From positions 10,189-74,188 of the forward strand of contig JBGANF010000028.1 of assembly GCA_044222475.1 (NCBI GenBank): DNA of 64,000 nucleotides, in the 5' to 3' direction. Origin of the DNA: Polyangiaceae bacterium. GTDB lineage: Bacteria > Myxococcota_A > Polyangia > Polyangiales > Polyangiaceae. This document shows, in pieces, positions 61,503-64,000 of this stretch (its first letter is position 1; every line of letters begins with the position of its first letter). The notes beneath the pieces were generated by a model that did not search any database, had not been told where the DNA came from, and worked only from the letters and a program-made list of their open reading frames with translations. Both the position numbers and the translations under genes were made by a program.

Positions 61503-62627
61503 GTGGAGCGCACTCCGCTCACGGAGCTCTTGTGGCTCTTTCTCCGGCTCGGCGCGACCGCGTTCGGTGGACCGGCGGCGCACATCGCGATGATGCACGA
61601 GGAGGTCGTCGTGCGCCGCCGATGGCTCAGCGAAGAGGCGTTCCTCGATCTCGTCGGCGCGACGAACCTCATCCCCGGTCCCAACTCGACCGAGCTCGCG
61701 ATTCACATCGGGTGGCAACGCCGTCGCTTCGCGGGGCTCGTCACCGCGGGCATCGCGTTCATCGTCCCCGCGATGCTCCTCACCGGCGCGTGCGGGTGGC
61801 TCTACGTCCGCTTCGGCACCGTCCCGACCGCCAAGTGGATGCTCTACGGCGTGAAGCCGGTGATCCTCGGCGTCGTGCTCCAAGCGATCCTCGCGCTCGC
61901 GCCGAAGGCCGCGCGCACGACGTGGCTTCGCGTGTTGGGTGTGGGGGTCGCGGTCGCCGTCGTGACCGGCGTGAACGAGCTCGTGGCCCTCCTCGGCGCG
62001 GGCGCGATGGCAGCGATCGTCGCGGGCGCGAAGAAGAACGACGCCGGTCTCGCACCGCTCGCGCCGCTCGCATCGACCGCCGCCGCCGGCGCGGCGGCGA
62101 GCGCGATCACCCTGCCGTCCATCTTCTGGGTGTTCCTGAAGATCGGCTCCGTCCTCTTCGGGAGCGGCTACGTGCTCGTCGCGTTTCTGCGGAGCGACCT
62201 CGTCGAGCGGCTCGGCTGGCTCACCGAGGGCCAGCTCCTCGACGCGATCGCCGTCGGTCAGGTGACGCCGGGACCGGTGTTCACCACCGCGACGTTCATC
62301 GGATACGTCCTCGCCGGACCGAAGGGCGCGCTCGTCGCGACGGCGGGGATCTTCCTCCCCGCGTTCGTGTTCGTCGCGATCAGCGGTCCGCTCGTGCCGC
62401 GCATTCGGCGCTCGCGCGTGGCGGGTGCCTTCCTCGACGGAGTGAACGTCGGCTCGCTCGTGCTGATGGCGACGGTCACGCTGCAGCTCGGTCGATCGAC
62501 GCTGGTCGATGCTCCGTCGGTCGTGATCGCGCTCGCCTCCGCGGTGCTCTTGATCCGCTTCAAGCTGAGCTCGACGTGGGTGCTGCTCGGGGGAGCCGCG
62601 GCCGGCTGGGTCGTCTCCGTCATTTGA
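61503..62627 (+). CDS. chrA: Chromate efflux transporter
   Basis: FLRLGATAFGGPAAHI, IPGPNSTE, FGSGYVL and GQVTPGP motifs in two homologous halves. Confidence 0.93.
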   Translation: MERTPLTELLWLFLRLGATAFGGPAAHIAMMHEEVVVRRRWLSEEAFLDLVGATNLIPGPNSTELAIHIGWQRRRFAGLVTAGIAFIVPAMLLTGACGWLYVRFGTVPTAKWMLYGVKPVILGVVLQAILALAPKAARTTWLRVLGVGVAVAVVTGVNELVALLGAGAMAAIVAGAKKNDAGLAPLAPLASTAAAGAAASAITLPSIFWVFLKIGSVLFGSGYVLVAFLRSDLVERLGWLTEGQLLDAIAVGQVTPGPVFTTATFIGYVLAGPKGALVATAGIFLPAFVFVAISGPLVPRIRRSRVAGAFLDGVNVGSLVLMATVTLQLGRSTLVDAPSVVIALASAVLLIRFKLSSTWVLLGGAAAGWVVSVI

Positions 62628-63117
62628 CGCGCGAGCGCGGCTTCGGCTTCGCGAGGCGCTTCTGCGCTTCGCGCCACGCGCGGACCACGCGCTTGAACTC
62701 CTCGGCGTCGCCCCCGTGATCGGGGTGGGTCTCGAGGGCTCGCTTCCGATACGCCGCCTTCACGTCCTCGAGCGTCGCGCTGCGCGGGACGCCGAGCGTC
62801 GCCCAGATCGATCCCGGTGGGCTCGACGCCGCGACCTCGCCGCGCGACATCGTGCTCGCGCGCGACGGCCACGGCGCTTGGCCTCGAAGCACGCGCATCC
62901 ACGCGCGAGCCCACATCGGATCGACGACGACGAGCTCGAGCCCGGCGCGCGCCCTGGCGGCGGCGAGCGCGGCTTCGCGCGTGGGGGCGCCGCCGTCCGA
63001 CGCGTCGGGCTTGCGGAACGGAACGCGCTCCGGCGGGGCGGTCCACCACGCGGCCCAGAAGAATCGTCTTCGCTGGGTCGTCGCGATCGAGCAGACGGGC
63101 GCAAAGAGCTCGGTCAC
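62620..63117 (-). CDS. Protein with C-terminal J domain
   Basis: WATLGV...VKAAYRKRALETHPDHGG with HPD motif. GTGA overlap with the upstream gene. Confidence 0.85.
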   Translation of the reverse strand: MTELFAPVCSIATTQRRRFFWAAWWTAPPERVPFRKPDASDGGAPTREAALAAARARAGLELVVVDPMWARAWMRVLRGQAPWPSRASTMSRGEVAASSPPGSIWATLGVPRSATLEDVKAAYRKRALETHPDHGGDAEEFKRVVRAWREAQKRLAKPKPRSRVK

Positions 63118-63608
63118 GCGCCCATGCACGTGAGCGTGACGAGAGCCCCGTCGGTGCAACCGTTCGGAGTGAGCGTACAGTTCGGCGGGAGGTTCTGTTG
63201 GACACAACCGCAGGTCCACTCGCGGGCGCACGCGGTGGGGTAGGGCGCGCAGTCGTAGGTCGTGCTGCCGCCGTCGATCCCGGACTGCCTTTGGACGCAC
63301 ATCTCTCCGCCCTGGCACGTCTTGCTCCCGCAGGGGTGCGATTGGCACTGGAGGCACGCCAAGCCTTCGAGCTTCCACGTATTCGTCACCGTGTTGCACG
63401 TGAACGCACTCGCACAGCAGAGATCGACGCGGTCGCACGAGCGCTGCCCCGCGACGCACGGCGTACCTTCTTGGGACACGCGGATACAGCCCCCGTCGCC
63501 CGCCGTGTCGCCGCTCGCGTCCGTCGGGGTGCCGCCGTCGAGCGTCGTGGTGCTCCCTCCACAGGCGAGGGCGGCGGCTACGAAGAAGGAAATTGCGTAG
63601 CGCTTCAT
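63114..63608 (-). CDS. Cys-rich putative lipoprotein
   Basis: Lipobox ALAC and many Cys residues. Confidence 0.72.
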   Translation of the reverse strand: MKRYAISFFVAAALACGGSTTTLDGGTPTDASGDTAGDGGCIRVSQEGTPCVAGQRSCDRVDLCCASAFTCNTVTNTWKLEGLACLQCQSHPCGSKTCQGGEMCVQRQSGIDGGSTTYDCAPYPTACAREWTCGCVQQNLPPNCTLTPNGCTDGALVTLTCMGA

Positions 63609-64000
63609 CAGTACGGCGAGTTGTCGTCTTCCGTCGCGGTGGCCGTCGGCGTGACCGTCACGGTGGCGGTCGGCGTGGCGGTCACGGTGGCGGTGGCGGT
63701 CGGTGTGACGGTCGCGGTGGTGGTCGGCGCTTGGGTGCCGGTGGGTACGGTTCGCGTGGTCGTCGGCGTGACGCCGACGGACGCGCTCGCCGACGTGACG
63801 GGAGCGGCCGCGTCGTCGAGATCGAGCGGGATGGCGCTAGCCGAGGCCGACGCCGAAGGAGGCGCCGAAGCCGACGCGGACGGTGCGGGCTCGGTGACGG
63901 CCGGCGTCGCTTGACCGCCGGGGATCATCTCGCGGATGCGCGCTTTTCCGGGCCAGACGAACCACGCGCCCGCCGCGAGCGCCACCAGCGCGGCGAAGAG
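63608..64000 (-). CDS. C-terminal part of a membrane protein with Pro/Thr/Ala-rich tail (possibly a Ser/Thr kinase); starts outside the window
   Basis: TM segment followed by a low-complexity TATATVT/PSASAS tail ending NSPY. Confidence 0.6.
   Translation of the reverse strand, partial: LFAALVALAAGAWFVWPGKARIREMIPGGQATPAVTEPAPSASASAPPSASASASAIPLDLDDAAAPVTSASASVGVTPTTTRTVPTGTQAPTTTATVTPTATATVTATPTATVTVTPTATATEDDNSPY

Noticed and set aside
63620..63900. GGTGGC/GGTGAC-type tandem repeats
   Set aside because: They encode a Thr/Ala/Pro low-complexity protein linker.

Overview
GC-rich (roughly 70%, estimated by eye), gene-dense chromosomal window. The gene content (many lipoproteins, Ser/Thr kinase-FGE fusion, PP2C, hybrid kinases, sigma54 regulator) points to a myxobacterium, probably Polyangiaceae-like; this is an inference. 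It holds about 62 CDS: a xanthine-dehydrogenase/4-hydroxybenzoyl-CoA-reductase-like molybdoenzyme operon, an arsenic operon, thrS, rsmE, prmA, glgC, xdhC, feoAB with a Fur-like box, metH, signalling genes, add, panE and chrA. I found no rRNA, tRNA, CRISPR array, transposase or phage genes. Main observations: (1) a 15-bp palindrome RTMCC-N5-GGKAY occurs at least 18 times, mostly inside genes where it coincides with rare codons; (2) an isopropylmalate-synthase-like DRE-TIM domain is fused to the 2Fe-2S subunit of the molybdoenzyme; (3) a SamR-type ArsR/methyltransferase regulator is in frame with MetH; (4) a hairpin begins at the predicted +1 of a sigma54-like promoter and may be an sRNA; (5) many genes have leaderless promoter architecture; (6) there is a REPIN-like element, a second intergenic palindrome and an exact 140-bp tandem duplication. 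All calls come from reading the sequence by eye, and no searches were run.
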